Positions 1-12,971 of a DNA stretch of 64,000 nt are shown here, one piece after another. How positions within the stretch are numbered: position 1 is the stretch's first letter; each line of letters opens with the position of its first letter. The stretch covers positions 186,001-250,000 of the forward strand of contig NIVC01001363.1 in NCBI GenBank assembly GCA_002269645.1, read 5' to 3'. Position numbers and translations under genes: made by a program. The notes below the pieces were generated by a model that was not told the origin of the DNA, did no database searches, and worked only from the letters and a program-made list of their open reading frames with translations. The stretch comes from Macrostomum lignano (Eukaryota).

Positions 1-3000
1 TGGAGTCCTCGGCGGCCGTGGCCAGGTAATAGCCGTTCTCAGAGAAGGCAAGCGCCGTCAACGGGGCGGTGTGCTGCTCAAAGTTCGTTAAGAACTTTTG
101 CTCGCGAAGGTCCCACATTTTGACCTTGAAATTGGAATTCGTATAAGATAATTGTATTATTCATAACCGTGGGGTCTGATCAAGCCGAGTGGAGACAGAT
201 TAGAGATGGGAGGGGAATGCAGACACAGAGTAGAGATGGGAGGGGAGTGCAGACACAGATTAGAGATGGGAGGGGAGTGCAGACACAGATTAGAGATGGG
301 AGGGGAGTGCAGACACAGATTAGAGATAGGAGGGGAATGCAGACACAGATTAGAGATGGGAGGGGAATGCAGACACAGATTAGAGATGGGAGGGGAATGC
401 AGACACAGATTAGAGATGGGAGGGGAATGCAGACACAGATTAGAGATGGGAGGGGAATGCAGACACAGATTAGAGATGGGAGGGGAATGCAGACACAGAT
501 TAGAGATGGGAGGGGAATGCAGACACAGATTAGAGATGGGAGGGGAGTGCAGACACAGATTAGAGATGGGAGGGGAGTGCAGACACAGATTAGAGATGGG
601 AGGGGAATGCAGACACAGATTAGAGATGGGAGGGGAGTGCAGACACAGATTAGAGATGGGAGGGGAGTGCAGACACAGATTAGAGATGGGAGGGGAGTGC
701 AGACACAGATTAGAGATGGGAGGGGAGTGCAGACACAGATTAGAGATGGGAGGGGAATGCAGACACAGATTAGAGATGGGAGGGGAATGCAGACACAGAT
801 TAGAGATGGGAGGGGAGTGCAGACACAGATTAGAGATGGGAGGGGAATGCAGACACAGATTAGAGATGGGAGGGGAATGCAGACACAGATTAGAGATGGG
901 AGGGGAGTGCAGACACAGATTAGAGATGGGAGGGGAATGCAGACACAGATTAGAGATGGGAGGGGAATGCAGACACAGATTAGAGATGGGAGGGGAGTGC
1001 AGACACAGATTAGAGATGGGAGGGGAATGCAGACGCACAGAGCGGAGGGGAGGGGAATTCAGACACACAGAGCGGAGGGGAGGGGAATGCAGACACACAG
1101 AGCGGAGGGGAGGGGAATGCAGACACACAGAGCGGAGGGGAGGGGAATTCAGACACACAGAGCGGAGGGGAGGGGAATGCAGACACACAGAGCGGAGGGG
1201 AGGGGAATGCAGACACACAGAGCGGAGACGGGAGGGGAATGCAGACACACAGAGCGGAGGGGAGGGGAATGCAGACACACAGAGCGGAGGGGAGGGGAAT
1301 TCAGACACACAGAGCGGAGGGGAGGGGAATGCAGACACACAGAGCGGAGGGGAGGGGAATGCAGACACACAGAGCGGAGACGGGAGGGGAATGCAGACAC
1401 ACAGAGCGGAGGGGAGGGGAATGCAGACACACAGAGCGGAGACGGGAGGGGAATGCAGACACACAGAGCGGAGGGGAGGGGAATGCAGACACACAGAGCG
1501 GAGGGGAGGGGAATGCAGACACACAGAGCGGAGGGGAGGGGAATGCAGACACACAGAGCGGAGGGGAGGGGATTGCAGGCCAACAACACTAGCGGATCAG
1601 TGCCTGCAACGCCCCTAATGGAATGGAACAATCAGATCCAATAAGACGCACCTGCGCATCCTGGGTGCCGGTGGCGGCAATCATGCCGTCCGGATGCAGC
1701 TGGGCGCAGGTGAGCGGCTGCTGTCCGGCCGGATCGGCCACTCGGACCAGCAGGCGGCCGGCGCGGATGTCGGCAAATGCCCAGGTGCCGTCGCGCGAGC
1801 CGGACAGCAGGAAGTCGCCAGTCGGATGAACGGAGAGGGCGGTGACGGCGTCCTCGTGGGCGCGCAGCTGGAATTAGGCGGGGAAATTGAAGGTAAAAAA
1901 TGCACACGCGAGACAAGTGATTAATGCATATGCATTTGGCATAGAGGCAATGATGATCAGGGAGAAAATAGCAGCCGACAGCTCAGCCGCAGCTATTGCG
2001 CAGCGCATCTGAAGGCTGCATACGGCTGTTCAGTCCAAGGTCTGGGGGGTCGCCACACACACATTCAATTACCCCAACTAAAGCTGGCACCATTTTACAG
2101 CTGGGTGAACCGAAGCAATGCAGAGTTAAAGTGTCTCGCTCAAGGACACAAATTGTTCCAGTGAGATCAGGAATCGAACCCCCGACCTTCAAGTCGTGAG
2201 CCCGACGCTCTAACCGCTAGGCTACAACCCCTCCCAAACCAAAAACCAAAAAGAAATCATCATTAGAATACAAACCTGGGTGCGCACCGCCGCAGTGCGC
2301 GGATCCCACACTAGCACTAGAGAGTCCTGACCGCCGGTGAACACTAGATCCTCCTCGTAGGGGTGATAGGCCACCGAGGTGACCTTCTTAGTGTGTCCGT
2401 GCAGCACGCAGACCAGCTGTTGCGCATCTGTGTTGAACACCGCGGCAGTTTTATCGTTGCCGCCGGTGACAACCCGGGCTGGATTGGCCAGGAAGGCGTC
2501 CAGACAGAGGATCCCCGGATTAGAGGCCGAGTGCAGGCCGATGTGGCTGGCCAGCTGCCTGTAGGCCGACACCAACTCCACTGAGCACAGGCCTTCGGGC
2601 GCCGATTTGCCTCGCTGCTTGCGCTGCGCAGTGAGCTCCTTGGCCTTCTGCTCCAGTCGGCCCGTAACAACGTCTGACATGCCGGATGGTTCCTCTAGTG
2701 CGGCCGCTGCGGCAACCGCGGCCGTGGCCTGCTGGGCATCGCCGGCAGCGTGCTCCGGCGTCGGCGGCGGGTGCTGCGGCGTGGCTGCGGCCGAGCCCAT
2801 CGGCTGTTGGGTCGTCTGCGGCTTCAACGTGGCGAGCGCCTCGCGAGCGGCCGTGACCTCCTTGGTGAGGCGGGCGATAACGCGACAGGCGGCGTCGTGC
2901 TGAGTTGTGCGAGCGCATGTGGGAGAGGGGTGTGAGATAGTGAGGAATAAAGTTGACTGTATGCTCGTATATCCGAAATATCCCTAAATCCAAATTTTAG

Positions 3001-3807
3001 AGTTAATATGTTTCATATTTGATTCCAAATCTAAGTCTGCATTCCAGAATTTATGATCGTCTGTAAATAATCCAGATTTCAGGCGCCAGATCCCAGATCC
3101 CAGATCTCAGATCCCAGATCCCAGATCCCAGATCTCAGATCCCGGATCCCAGATCTCAGATCCCAGATCTCAGATCCCAGATCTCAGATCCCAGATCTCA
3201 GATCTCAGATCCCAGATCTCAGATCCCAGATCTCAGATCCCAGATCCCAGATCTCAGATCCCAGATCTCAGATCCCAGATCTCAGATCCCAGATCTCAGA
3301 TCCCAGATCTCAGATCCCAGATCTCAGATCCCAGATCTCAGATCCCAGATCTCAGATCCCAGATCTCAGATCCCAGATCTCAGATCCCAGATCACAGATC
3401 CCAGATCTCAGATTTCAGATCGCAGATCTCAGATCCCAGACCCCAGCTCTCAGTTCCCAATTAAAGATTTATGAAATCACCTGGTACATAGTCTGGGATA
3501 GCTCCTGTCTGGCTGTCTGCAGTTGCTGCCGCAGAGTGAAGGAATGCAGCATAACGGCATCCCACTCGTCCTGCAGGGCTTTGAGAATAGCCGGAATGCT
3601 GGTGGCGCTGGGCGGTCGCGGCTTGGCAGACGGCGGAACTTTAATGTCAACCAGCTGTTCAACAGTTAGCGGTTCGCCATTCATGGGGTCGGTGCCGTTC
3701 TCTTGAATGTACTTTTCAATTAGGCGGCGTTCGAACACATGGCCGGACACCTGAGAGACGCAGGGGCTTTCGGGCACCTCCTGGCATATGCTGCAGGTTA
3801 GGGACAT
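1..3807 (-). CDS. PRPF19: Pre-mRNA-processing factor 19 (U-box, coiled coil, WD40); runs off the left edge of the window
   Basis: Exons complement(3481..3807, 2276..2899, 1652..1867, <1..124), all GT-AG and phase 0. Spliced product: [47 protein letters not shown] (U-box) ... [18 protein letters not shown] ... QELSQTMYQ|[14 protein letters not shown] ... VRTQ|LRAHEDAVT ... GTQDAQ|VKMWDLRE ... [16 protein letters not shown], which are the canonical Prp19 motifs. Confidence 0.97.
194..1572. repeat. 30-bp G-rich minisatellite in PRP19 intron 3, made of two sub-arrays
   Basis: Unit gagatgggagggga(a/g)tgcagacacagatta to about 1030, then unit agagcggaggggaggggaatgcagacacac to about 1570. It explains the long spurious ORFs at 157-1644. 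Confidence 0.95.
1985..2228 (-). mobile_element. tRNA-derived SINE with CORE-like central domain, in PRP19 intron 2
   Basis: The minus strand reads gtagcctagcggttagagcg (box A) ... ggggttcgattcc (box B), then gtgtccttgagcgagacactttaac...cacccagctgtaaaatgg, which resembles the CORE-SINE consensus. The 3' end is approximate. Confidence 0.65.
3085..3445. repeat. 7-bp (agatccc/agatctc) tandem repeat in PRP19 intron 1
   Basis: Alternating agatccc/agatctc units are read directly from the sequence. Confidence 0.95.
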
Positions 3808-3876
3808 TTGCTGTCAGTGGCTGCAAAGAGGAGGAAGTTTTTATCTTAGGCATAAAATATTGTGTACCCATGATAT

Positions 3877-4008
3877 GCCTGAGCATCTGAGGTGGCCCAG
3901 CCTGAGCGTCTGAGGTGGCCCAGCCTGAGCATCTGAGGTGGCCCAGCCTGAGCGTCTGAGGTGGCCCAGCCTGAGCATCTGAGGTGGCCCAGCCTGAGCA
4001 TCTGAGGT
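3877..4008. repeat. 23-bp tandem repeat just upstream of the PRP19 ATG
   Basis: About 5.5 copies of gcctgagc(a/g)tctgaggtggccca. Confidence 0.9.
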
Positions 4009-4955
4009 GATGACCCAAATGGAGGATGAGAGAGTGGCCCAGGCTGAGGATCTGAGAGGATGAACCAACTGGAGGATGTGAGAGGGTGGCTTAACCAAAC
4101 CAATCGATGCAAGAGCAGCTCTGCTTGAAACTCTATTTCACCGAGACTATAATCCAGGCCTTTTCAGAATCAATAAAATGCTGTGAAGCGAGTCTGACTG
4201 ACTGACTGGGCTACCTGAACGAGATGTAAGAGCGTCAGAGTAGAAAGCTGAGGAACATGAGAACACGATACAGTGAATTGGAAAGAGTGGGTGGCTGATG
4301 CCGGCCAAAAAATAAGGGGATAGAAAGTCTGATAGGGAATAGGCCAGCTAGGGAATAGGCTCTCAAACAAGCGCTTTGGGTAGGACGAAATAGAAGGGAG
4401 GAGAATAGATGTAGGCAACAGAATGGAAGCTTGAGGTGGGAGCGATCGTAGCGGACAGAGGCACACCAGGTGTACAGAGGAGGGTGGGTGAAAATCTTTA
4501 GATCTAGCATGTAGGCGCTGTTGGGGTGGTAGTGAGCATAGAAAAAATGGAGAGAGGGCGGGTGGAGGGCGAGAAGGAACGCAGCACTGGGTGTGCACTA
4601 AAGCTTGCTGGTCGCTGAACACCCACCCTGGGCTGGACCCCCGCTAATGGAACGCGCTCTCAAATTTGCACACCTATAGAAAAGACTGCTAATACAATCT
4701 CGTGTTGGCTCTGCGGTTTTTTCTCTCGCACACTCTCCTCTATCTTATTATTTTACAACAATCTCTGGGTAGCCTGCAGACTAGCCAGACATTTAATTAT
4801 CTTTAAAAAAAACTTTGCAGCCATATGCTTGCATACCAATGCCTTAAAGATTGAGCTGTGCTCGAGTAAAACAAGCGCTAAGTAGCCGGCTCGTTGCGTC
4901 TCGTAAAAAGTAGATACAAATAGCGGTCTAAACCGGCTAAACCCGACTGGTAGGA

Positions 4956-7850
4956 ATGGAAGACAGCAGCGCCATGGACTTGTCGTTGCCAAGCGGAAGC
5001 GATTCGATGCAAAACGTCAGCAGCAATCAGGAGTCATCCTACATACCAATTAACTGTTTAGGCAAAGGCGCTTTTGGCGAGGCATGGCTCTATAGGTAAT
5101 TTTTTACTCCCTTTGAATGTGTAAAAGCTTTATATAGCTATAGATTTAAGCACCATAACCAAACCAAGACTTTCACCAACACAGAAAAACGGAAGAGAAC
5201 GAAGAGCAGCTAGTGGTTTGGAAGATGATCAACCTGACCGGACTAGACGAGAGGCGAAGACGAGAAGCGCAAAATGAAATCGACGTATTGCACATGCTCG
5301 ACCATCCGAACATAGTAGCTTATTACAATCATTTCTTTGACGGCAACATACTACTAATAGAGATGGAATACGCCAATGGAGGATCGCTTTATCAGTTTAT
5401 TGGCCAGTGCAACTCGCTGCTCAAAGAGGAAACTATAATTTGGTACTTCTTCCAGATGACAATGGCAATTCGGCACATTCACGAAGCCAGCATACTGCAC
5501 AGGGATATTAAAACATTAAATATCTTCCTGACCAAGGCGGGCTTGATCAAACTGGGCGATTTCGGCATTGCCAAGGTACTGGGCAGCGATGAGATGGCAG
5601 AGACGTGCCAGGGCACGCCGTACTACATGTCGCCTGAACTAGTACAAGGCAAGCGGTACAACTACAAAAGCGATATTTGGGCGCTCGGCTGTGTGCTATT
5701 TGAACTTCTGACTCTAAAGCGCGCATTCGATGCCACTAATCAACTGAAGTTAGCGCAGAACATTGTGCACACTGAGATTAGCCTATCCCTGGTGGATGAA
5801 AGCTATTCGGTCCAGCTGAAGGCGCTGCTCGGTGCTACACTGAGCAAAGAGCCGGAGGCGCGACCGTCGGCTAGCGAGATTCTAATAAATAAACTTTTTT
5901 CGGACGGCGAACGGATGCAGTCGCGTGTGCGCGAACTTCAACAGCAGAGCCGGCTGGCGAGGCCATCCAGCGCTGGTACCGACACAACGCCAGTAGTTAC
6001 GTCCAAGACAACTGAAGTATTCTATTGGGGCGGCGGTAAGCAGACTCCAATAAAGATCGAACAGTTTGAGCGACAGAACAGCGCACTCCAGGTGGCTACG
6101 GGTAGTCACCACATGGCGGTAGTCACAATAGAGCGCGAGGTGTTCACTTGGTGTAACGTGCAGGGCTGCGCTAAACTTTGTGGCCAACTAGGCCATGGTG
6201 ATCTGGCCTCCTATCGGACACCAAAAAAAGTGGAAAAGCTAAACGGAGTGCCAATCGAAGAGGCTCGCTGCGGTGACGAATTCACAGTGCTGCGCACCGT
6301 TGAAGGCCAACTGTACGCATGCGGATCCAACTATCACGGCTATCTCGGCGTGCCGCGCGAACAGCTAGAAGAGGAGACGGGCGACTCAGATCAGGCCCTA
6401 GAGCCTGTGCCCGTCCCTTTCTTTCTCAACCTGGAGGTGAAACGAGTAGCCTGCGGCGATGCCCATGTGCTGGCGGTGACGCGCCAATCGGAGGTGTTCG
6501 CCTGGGGCTGCGGCGAGTTCGGCCGGCTGGGGCTGAACGGCGAGGACAACTACGACACGCCGCAGCCGGTCAGCCTGCCAGTGAAACGGCAGCTTATAGT
6601 CGGCGCTTGCTGCGGCTCGGACGGCAGCTTTTTACTAACTGATGGAGGCCGAGTGCTCGCCTGCGGCAGCAATGAGCACAACAAACTCGGCTTTAATAGC
6701 GTCGCCAAGGGACTAACAGCAGCTAATTCTACCTGCAGTTTTGACACTCCATGCGTTCACACGTTCAAGGTGGTGAAACCGCTGACAAAATATCGCGTGC
6801 GCCAGTTAAGCTGCGGTCGATCGCACACAGCGGCTATCGACGATTGCAACCAGTTGCTCATGTTCGGCTCCAATCGGATGGGCGAACTTGGCCTAGGAGA
6901 GATGCGGCACAGAAACGGCGTATTTAATATTGGCCGAGCTTGCGGTGGTAAGCGCTTCCTACGAGTGGCCTGCGGTGACGGGTTCACTGTTGCCTGCACA
7001 ACGGACAATCACATCTATAGCTGGGGCAGGGCAGACAACGGCCGACTAGGCATTGAACTACAGGCAGCGAGCCTGCTCAATATGAACAAAGCCTTGGCCT
7101 CAGCGTGCGTCTCAACGCCGAGACCAATGTTCGGCTCGCTGCACCTGGTGGCCGATATCTCCAGCCGGCACTGGCACAGCCTCATGATTGCAGAGCGGGT
7201 GAGTTTGACGAGTTTGACGTTGGACAATAAGATTTACAAGTCTGTGAGAGTGCAGGCTGAGGGATCAGTACCTGAAAACCCATAGCCCACTCCCTGCAAA
7301 CAAACAAGCTAACCGATCCCCACACAACTCAAATCAGGTTCTGGAGCAGCGCACAGTCAGACGAGGCGGCGGTCGAACACAAGCCGGCGTGTCGGCATCA
7401 TCGGCGGCGAGAAGCGCCGGCTCGACCCTGGATGACTTGTCCTCGCTGCCAGCCGATGACGAGCAGCAGCAAGTATCGTCGGCAAGCCTAGGCGTCACAG
7501 ATAGCGTCGACGGTGGGAACAGTGGCGCCAGCAGCGCTAACAGAGGCGCCGGCCTGGATGGAACAGACACCTGCCCTAGCTGGCTGGCAGCCGAGCTGCA
7601 GCAGGCGGAGTTCATACCAATGGATAACGAAGGTGGAGGAGGATTAGGAGTAGCAGCGGCGGCAGCATCAGACGGTGGCCTTGACGAACAAACACCAGAG
7701 CTAACTCCGCGCTGCAATTGCAACTGCCACTGTCACAGCCTAATTGGCCTAAAGGATCAGGAGATTGCCAGACTACAAGCGGAAGTAGCAAGACTGATGG
7801 CGCAGCTTAGCAAAGGAGACGAAAAAGACAATGGTGGATCAATGGATTGA
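4956..7850 (+). CDS. NEK9: NIMA-related kinase NEK9-like (kinase + RCC1 repeats + C-terminal coiled coil), about 888 aa
   Basis: Exons 4956..5095, 5185..7198, 7338..7850 (GT-AG, phases 2 and 0). Motifs: [19 protein letters not shown]|KT...[27 protein letters not shown]; RCC1 repeats ([18 protein letters not shown]); HSLMIAER|VLEQRTV; and the NEK9-typical [18 protein letters not shown]. Confidence 0.93.
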
Positions 7851-9221
7851 GACAATTCTTCTGACACAGTAAAAACACATCACAAATTGATTAGCCTCTA
7901 AAACTAGTCTTGAATGTTAAATTACTGTTTTAGGGCCTTTCCTCACTAAACTACAAAGAACTGAAAGTGTTAACATATACTAGCTTTAAAAATGTCTTGG
8001 CTTATGTATAAATAAAGCATATGTACCTTATATAACAAAAACCTGTCTGGGATTGTTTGTTTATAGAAAAATTTTCACTTGATTAACCTAAAAACACATT
8101 AAATTTCATTGATAGATTATAGAAATTTGCAAGTTAATAACCATTTAATCATAAGCTTTTGTAGTTCTTAAGAAAAAGTTAAAACCAAAGGTCAAAACAT
8201 TTGTGTATAAAAATGTATATTTTTTATATTGAATAACATTTTAAAAATCAAATATTAATCATTTAGTCCAATGCACCAATATTTTAACTGATTAATTCAT
8301 AATGCATATGGGCAACTCCACAAGAAGTGGACACCTTCAAAGAAATGGAAATCTCCAGATTACATCTAAACTAATAAAGATATTTAAAAATGGCTATTTT
8401 ATACTATTTTATAAGAAATATCTATACATAAAAAGCCGATTTATGATTCTAGATTGATTGATTGCTAATTGCCAAATAAGGATCTTATAGCATTATATGT
8501 ACATTAGTTAAAATTAGCACAAAATTTAAGCAAAAATTTTATGACTTTGACAAACTATTATTATTCATTATTTCTAGCCTTTGTCTTTAAATGTTAGCAA
8601 AAGAACAATGAAGATCTCTCCTATTGAATTGAATGCATTGGAGATAAAGCTAAAATATAACTGAATTTTAAAAAATTCAATTTGTTGAAAATTGAGGAAC
8701 AAATCCAGTATGACCAGGATGCTACAACCAAGATATTAGAAAAATAATATCATAGTAATCAAAGACTTAAAAATGATTATCTGTCTTTCTAAAACAATTT
8801 AATTGATTGTTTATGCTATAAATCTTTAATATTTTTTATCAATAAACTTGATATATTTAGTAACATAAAAGTAAAAAAACTATTTAACAGTAGGAATACC
8901 AAGCTATTTTTCTGACCATCAAACTACCAAGAGGAAGAAACCCCCCCCCCTGACAATTTTTTGCTGCACTAGAATGGAGCACTGCAGGCACATGAAACTA
9001 AAGAACATGGGTTAACTTTTTTGTTGCACACCTTCTCAAACAAGAATCAAGTTTCCAGCCCTCCAGACCATCAAGATATTTGACAATACTGCCAGAAGTT
9101 TGGACTTTTCCCATAAGCGCTAGTGTATTCAGTATACCCATGTGTGCCAATCAGCACTGCGCCTCAGTGCAACCTTGCCAGACCTCCAAATTTCATTAGC
9201 ACATCAAACACGTGTGTCTAC

Positions 9222-9990
9222 ATCAGCTCTGACTTTGTTGGTAACTGGCCTTCACCCAGGTGGAGTTTCTGGACCTTCAACAGGTAATACCAGGTCACTA
9301 TGGGCATGCTGATACAAATTTCTCAAGTTCCGCTGATCAAGCCTCAATAGTAGACAAGCCTTAACTGCTGGACATCTTCAGCTAGTCTCTCAAGCATTAA
9401 GTCATCACCTTGATGCTGTTGCCAACATCACCTTCAACAGATTACACTTGGTGACTATAAGCACCCTGATGCAATGCGAATTTCTCTAGTTTCATTGATG
9501 AAGCCTTGATAGTAGGCAAAAATCTACTGCTGGATATCCTTAGCTAGTCTCTTGAGCATTCAGTCATCATCCCAATGCTATCAGCACCTTCAATAGATAA
9601 TACCAGGTGACTATGGACCTCTTATTACAACTATGTCAGGTTTTTCTTATCAAGCTTCAATAATAGGCAAAACTCAACTGCCAGATATCCTCAGCTAGTC
9701 TCTCAAGCATTCTGTCATCACCCTGACACTATCAGTACCTTCAACAGAATATACCAAATGACTATAAGCCTGGTTTCATCTGTTAAAGGTGCTGACAGCA
9801 TTGGGGTGATAACTTAATGCTTGAGAGACTAGCTGAGGATGTCCAGCAGTTGAGGCTTGCCCACTGTTGAGGCTTGATCAGCAAAACTAGAGAAATTCAT
9901 AGGGTGTTCATAGTCACCTGGTGCCACCTGTTGAAGGTCCAGAAGCTCCATCTTAGTGAAGACCAGTGATCAACGAAGTCAGAGCTTATT
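9222..9990. repeat. Degenerate ~155-bp tandem repeat (about 3.3 units) followed by an inverted copy (foldback)
   Basis: ccttcaa(c/t)ag...accaggtgactat recurs at about 9275, 9432, 9587 and 9738. The reverse complement of 9777-9990 aligns with 9222-9440. Confidence 0.75.
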
Positions 9991-9999
9991 GCTAAGCTA

Positions 10000-11543
10000 C
10001 CAAGTTGTTGCAGGGCTAAACTTCTCTCTTTAAATCTTAATTGCTATCACCAAATTATAATAGTGCTTTCTGTTCTATCTTCTAAAATATTTAAGTGATC
10101 CTACCAATGTTGCTGCAGGCCTTTCAGCTGTTTGTATAATTATATCTATCAAAAGTTATAATAGAGATTACTTCTACCATAATAAAAACCCTATTAATGT
10201 CATTATAGTTATGGTAGATTATAGTTCATCTCTGGGTGTAGGTCTTAAGAATACTAAGTATTAGACTAAGTATAGGTCTAAGTATTAGTCTGAGTATATA
10301 TCTGAGTATATTTCTTATTCCTTACTAGTAGCATTTTTATTCTGTAATAGTAGTGTACTAGTATTATTAGTAGGCCTGAGTGGTATATTACTATTACCAG
10401 TATGTTATAATGTTATAAGAATAGTACAATATTAGAACTTAGCTAAAAGCTTAAATAAATATAGTTTTTTTTACTTTAGTCAATAGATACTAGAATCTTA
10501 GGCTCTTATACTGAAATAGATGGGGGTTTTCTCGGGGTGGCCTGGTAGGTCTTTGAATCCCACCGCTGCCACCAGTGAAGTGCTTTGCTATTTGCTTCCC
10601 GGATTAGGCCCTTGCAGATTACCTTAAACCTTGAGCCTCTTCAGTGGGAAGTTCTCTCAACTCTCAGTAGCGTAGGTAGTGCTGCCACCAGTTCCTTCAG
10701 GTCTCGGCCTTCGATGAGGTGAGCTTCCCGTCGGAACGAAATAAACAAGTCAACGAACTCAGCACAGCATGCAGATTTGCAGATTAATGAACAAGGCGTC
10801 CTGATCAGCAGGTCCCCGCCGGGCTCAGGGGTGGCTGGGAAGGCAGTGTTAGCCTCCCTTAGGCTTGGGCTTTAGCGGGGTCTGTCAGACCAGTACAAAC
10901 AGATTCAGTACGCAAAGGGCACTTAGTTAGACACTGACGCACACGGGATCTTAGTGAATTCTCTGCAGATAAGAAGCCAATTCCTTGACGGAAACAAGGG
11001 GAGAGGGGTCCTATTTATAGCCGGGAAACACCCACGCACAAGACCTTGTGACTTGTTCTATTTTTAGAACTGATGTCACTTGAGATCTCGAGGCAGGGTC
11101 TCAGTGCGCACAAGACCTCGTGACTCGTTCTATTTTTAGAACTGACGTCACTTGAGGTCTCCGGCCAGAGTACACGCGGCTGTGACTCAGTTGTTATTTT
11201 TAGCAACATGAGTCACTCCTCTCCTTAGAGAAGGGAGGGGTCCGAAAGCATGTGATTTTCCTGGTAATGTTTACTGCACTTTAGGACTCGAAGAACGCAG
11301 AGTCTGTCATGTGACTTGCTCACATGACAGAGGACAACGGGACGGGAACAAAACAGAGACAGCCCACAGCAGAGAAGCTGAGGGCTGAGAACAGAGACGC
11401 AGAAGGGCAGAACAGGCCAAGGGCAGCAACAGACGGGCCAAGGGGGGCGGGAAGCTGACCAGCGGCAGACAGCAACCCAGGGCGAGGGCGAGGGAGACTG
11501 CTGACAAAGTGGGATGCCTAACACCAACTAGCGGATCACTACA
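10000..11543 (-). mobile_element. Putative LTR plus heavily mutated internal relic
   Basis: The minus strand begins TGTAGTG at 11543, has a TATA box (ctataaatagga, about 11010-11021) and a 72-bp internal duplication (11036/11108). The adjoining 10000-10500 is stop-ridden and TpA-rich. No partner LTR or recognisable ORF was found. Confidence 0.35.
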
Positions 11544-12971
11544 ATACCCTAGCTTAAAATTTCTAATTGCGCCTTTCTGTATTATCCCTGTCTTGCCCTA
11601 ATTTTTATTGCCTCTTGGAATTTTAGCCTAAAGCTACCATGTAAATTTCAGTAGACTGGCTAATGTACATTATTGCTAAACCAATTAGCAAAAGTAAATT
11701 GTTTACACTTACAAGCTTGGCTTCTAAACTTATTTAAGTAGTTTATCTGTCTTTATTTTTATAAAATGGCCTATGCATTCTTATTTGCTACTGAACAAAA
11801 AGTAGAAAATTGTTTTACTAAGTATATATGCCTAAGTGGCCTATTTAATCATTTTAGTTAGTATTTGTACTTTAGTTTAATAACTGATAATAATAAGCTA
11901 CCTATTAGTATATCAGATATCTAAGGAAATAAAACATTTGGGTACTAACCAATTTGGTGCCAAACAAATTTGGCAATAGAGATATTTATACGAGTACATG
12001 TGTAACCTTGAGTTTTGGAAATTAGGGAATATAATCCTGGGATCCTAAGATCCTGAAATCCTGGGATTAGGCCCAAAGGATTGACCACCAGGATCCCAAT
12101 CTTGGTTTGCAATAACTTAATCATTCATTGTTGAGTAATAGTATCTATAGCTGAGCTAATATTAGGTGAAAATCATAACCCAGTTGTCCTGCTTTGATTT
12201 AATAATCTTTTAAACATGTAGGCTAATGAGAAGGCTAATGCTGCAGGGATAAAAAACTGAAGCTATTGGGAGATTGCAGGAGAATTCAGGTATAAAATGT
12301 ATATGCAACTCTGTGCATATGGTACTTGCAGACTAATCTAATCTAAATATACTAATTATTATTCTAAAACCCGTGCACAGAGTCCAAAGCAATAGAGGCC
12401 AATTCCTCATTGTTTCCTATCATAGTACTATAGCTTGCCAAACGGGAGTCAAATCATTGTTAATTTGAACTCTTAAACCCAGCTAAAATCAAGGGGTGTC
12501 AAGTCTTAACTTGTGCAGATCAAAAGCCCCTTTTTAAAGTGCAAAAGTATATGTATTTTAAGCAGTCCTTACCTTCAAAACTCCTTGACCATAGTTAGGA
12601 TTAAAATAGTAGGACCTTGCTATCTAACTATAACCCAATATACCAATTTACTATCTAGGATAGGTGCCCTTAGGAGGGTGAAGTCTGATCCTCTTCTACC
12701 CTGATATCAGTACCTCAGGTCATAGCTGCTCTATAAGCTATTATTTCCAAGGCTATATTACAATCAAGTGCAATTTTCCTGAGCTGATACTAGCATGTAA
12801 AAAAGCACATCTATTATGCTAGCCTATACATTAGACTCAAATTCAGAGCTCACTGTCAGTTTCTTGTTAGCAAAATATTTTGTTCTATTCTACTTTTATC
12901 ATTAAAAGCCCTTTAAAATTAGTCTAGATAGCTTTATAAACCAAAGTTGCACCAACAAAGAATATAAACTT

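Noticed and set aside
157-1644. Long ORFs (465-491 aa) on both strands
   Set aside because: They are translations of a stop-free 30-bp minisatellite inside a PRP19 intron.
7199-7285. NEK9 ending at 7285 as in the ORF track
   Set aside because: This is read-through into an intron; the GT at 7199 splices in frame to 7338 and restores the conserved C-terminus.
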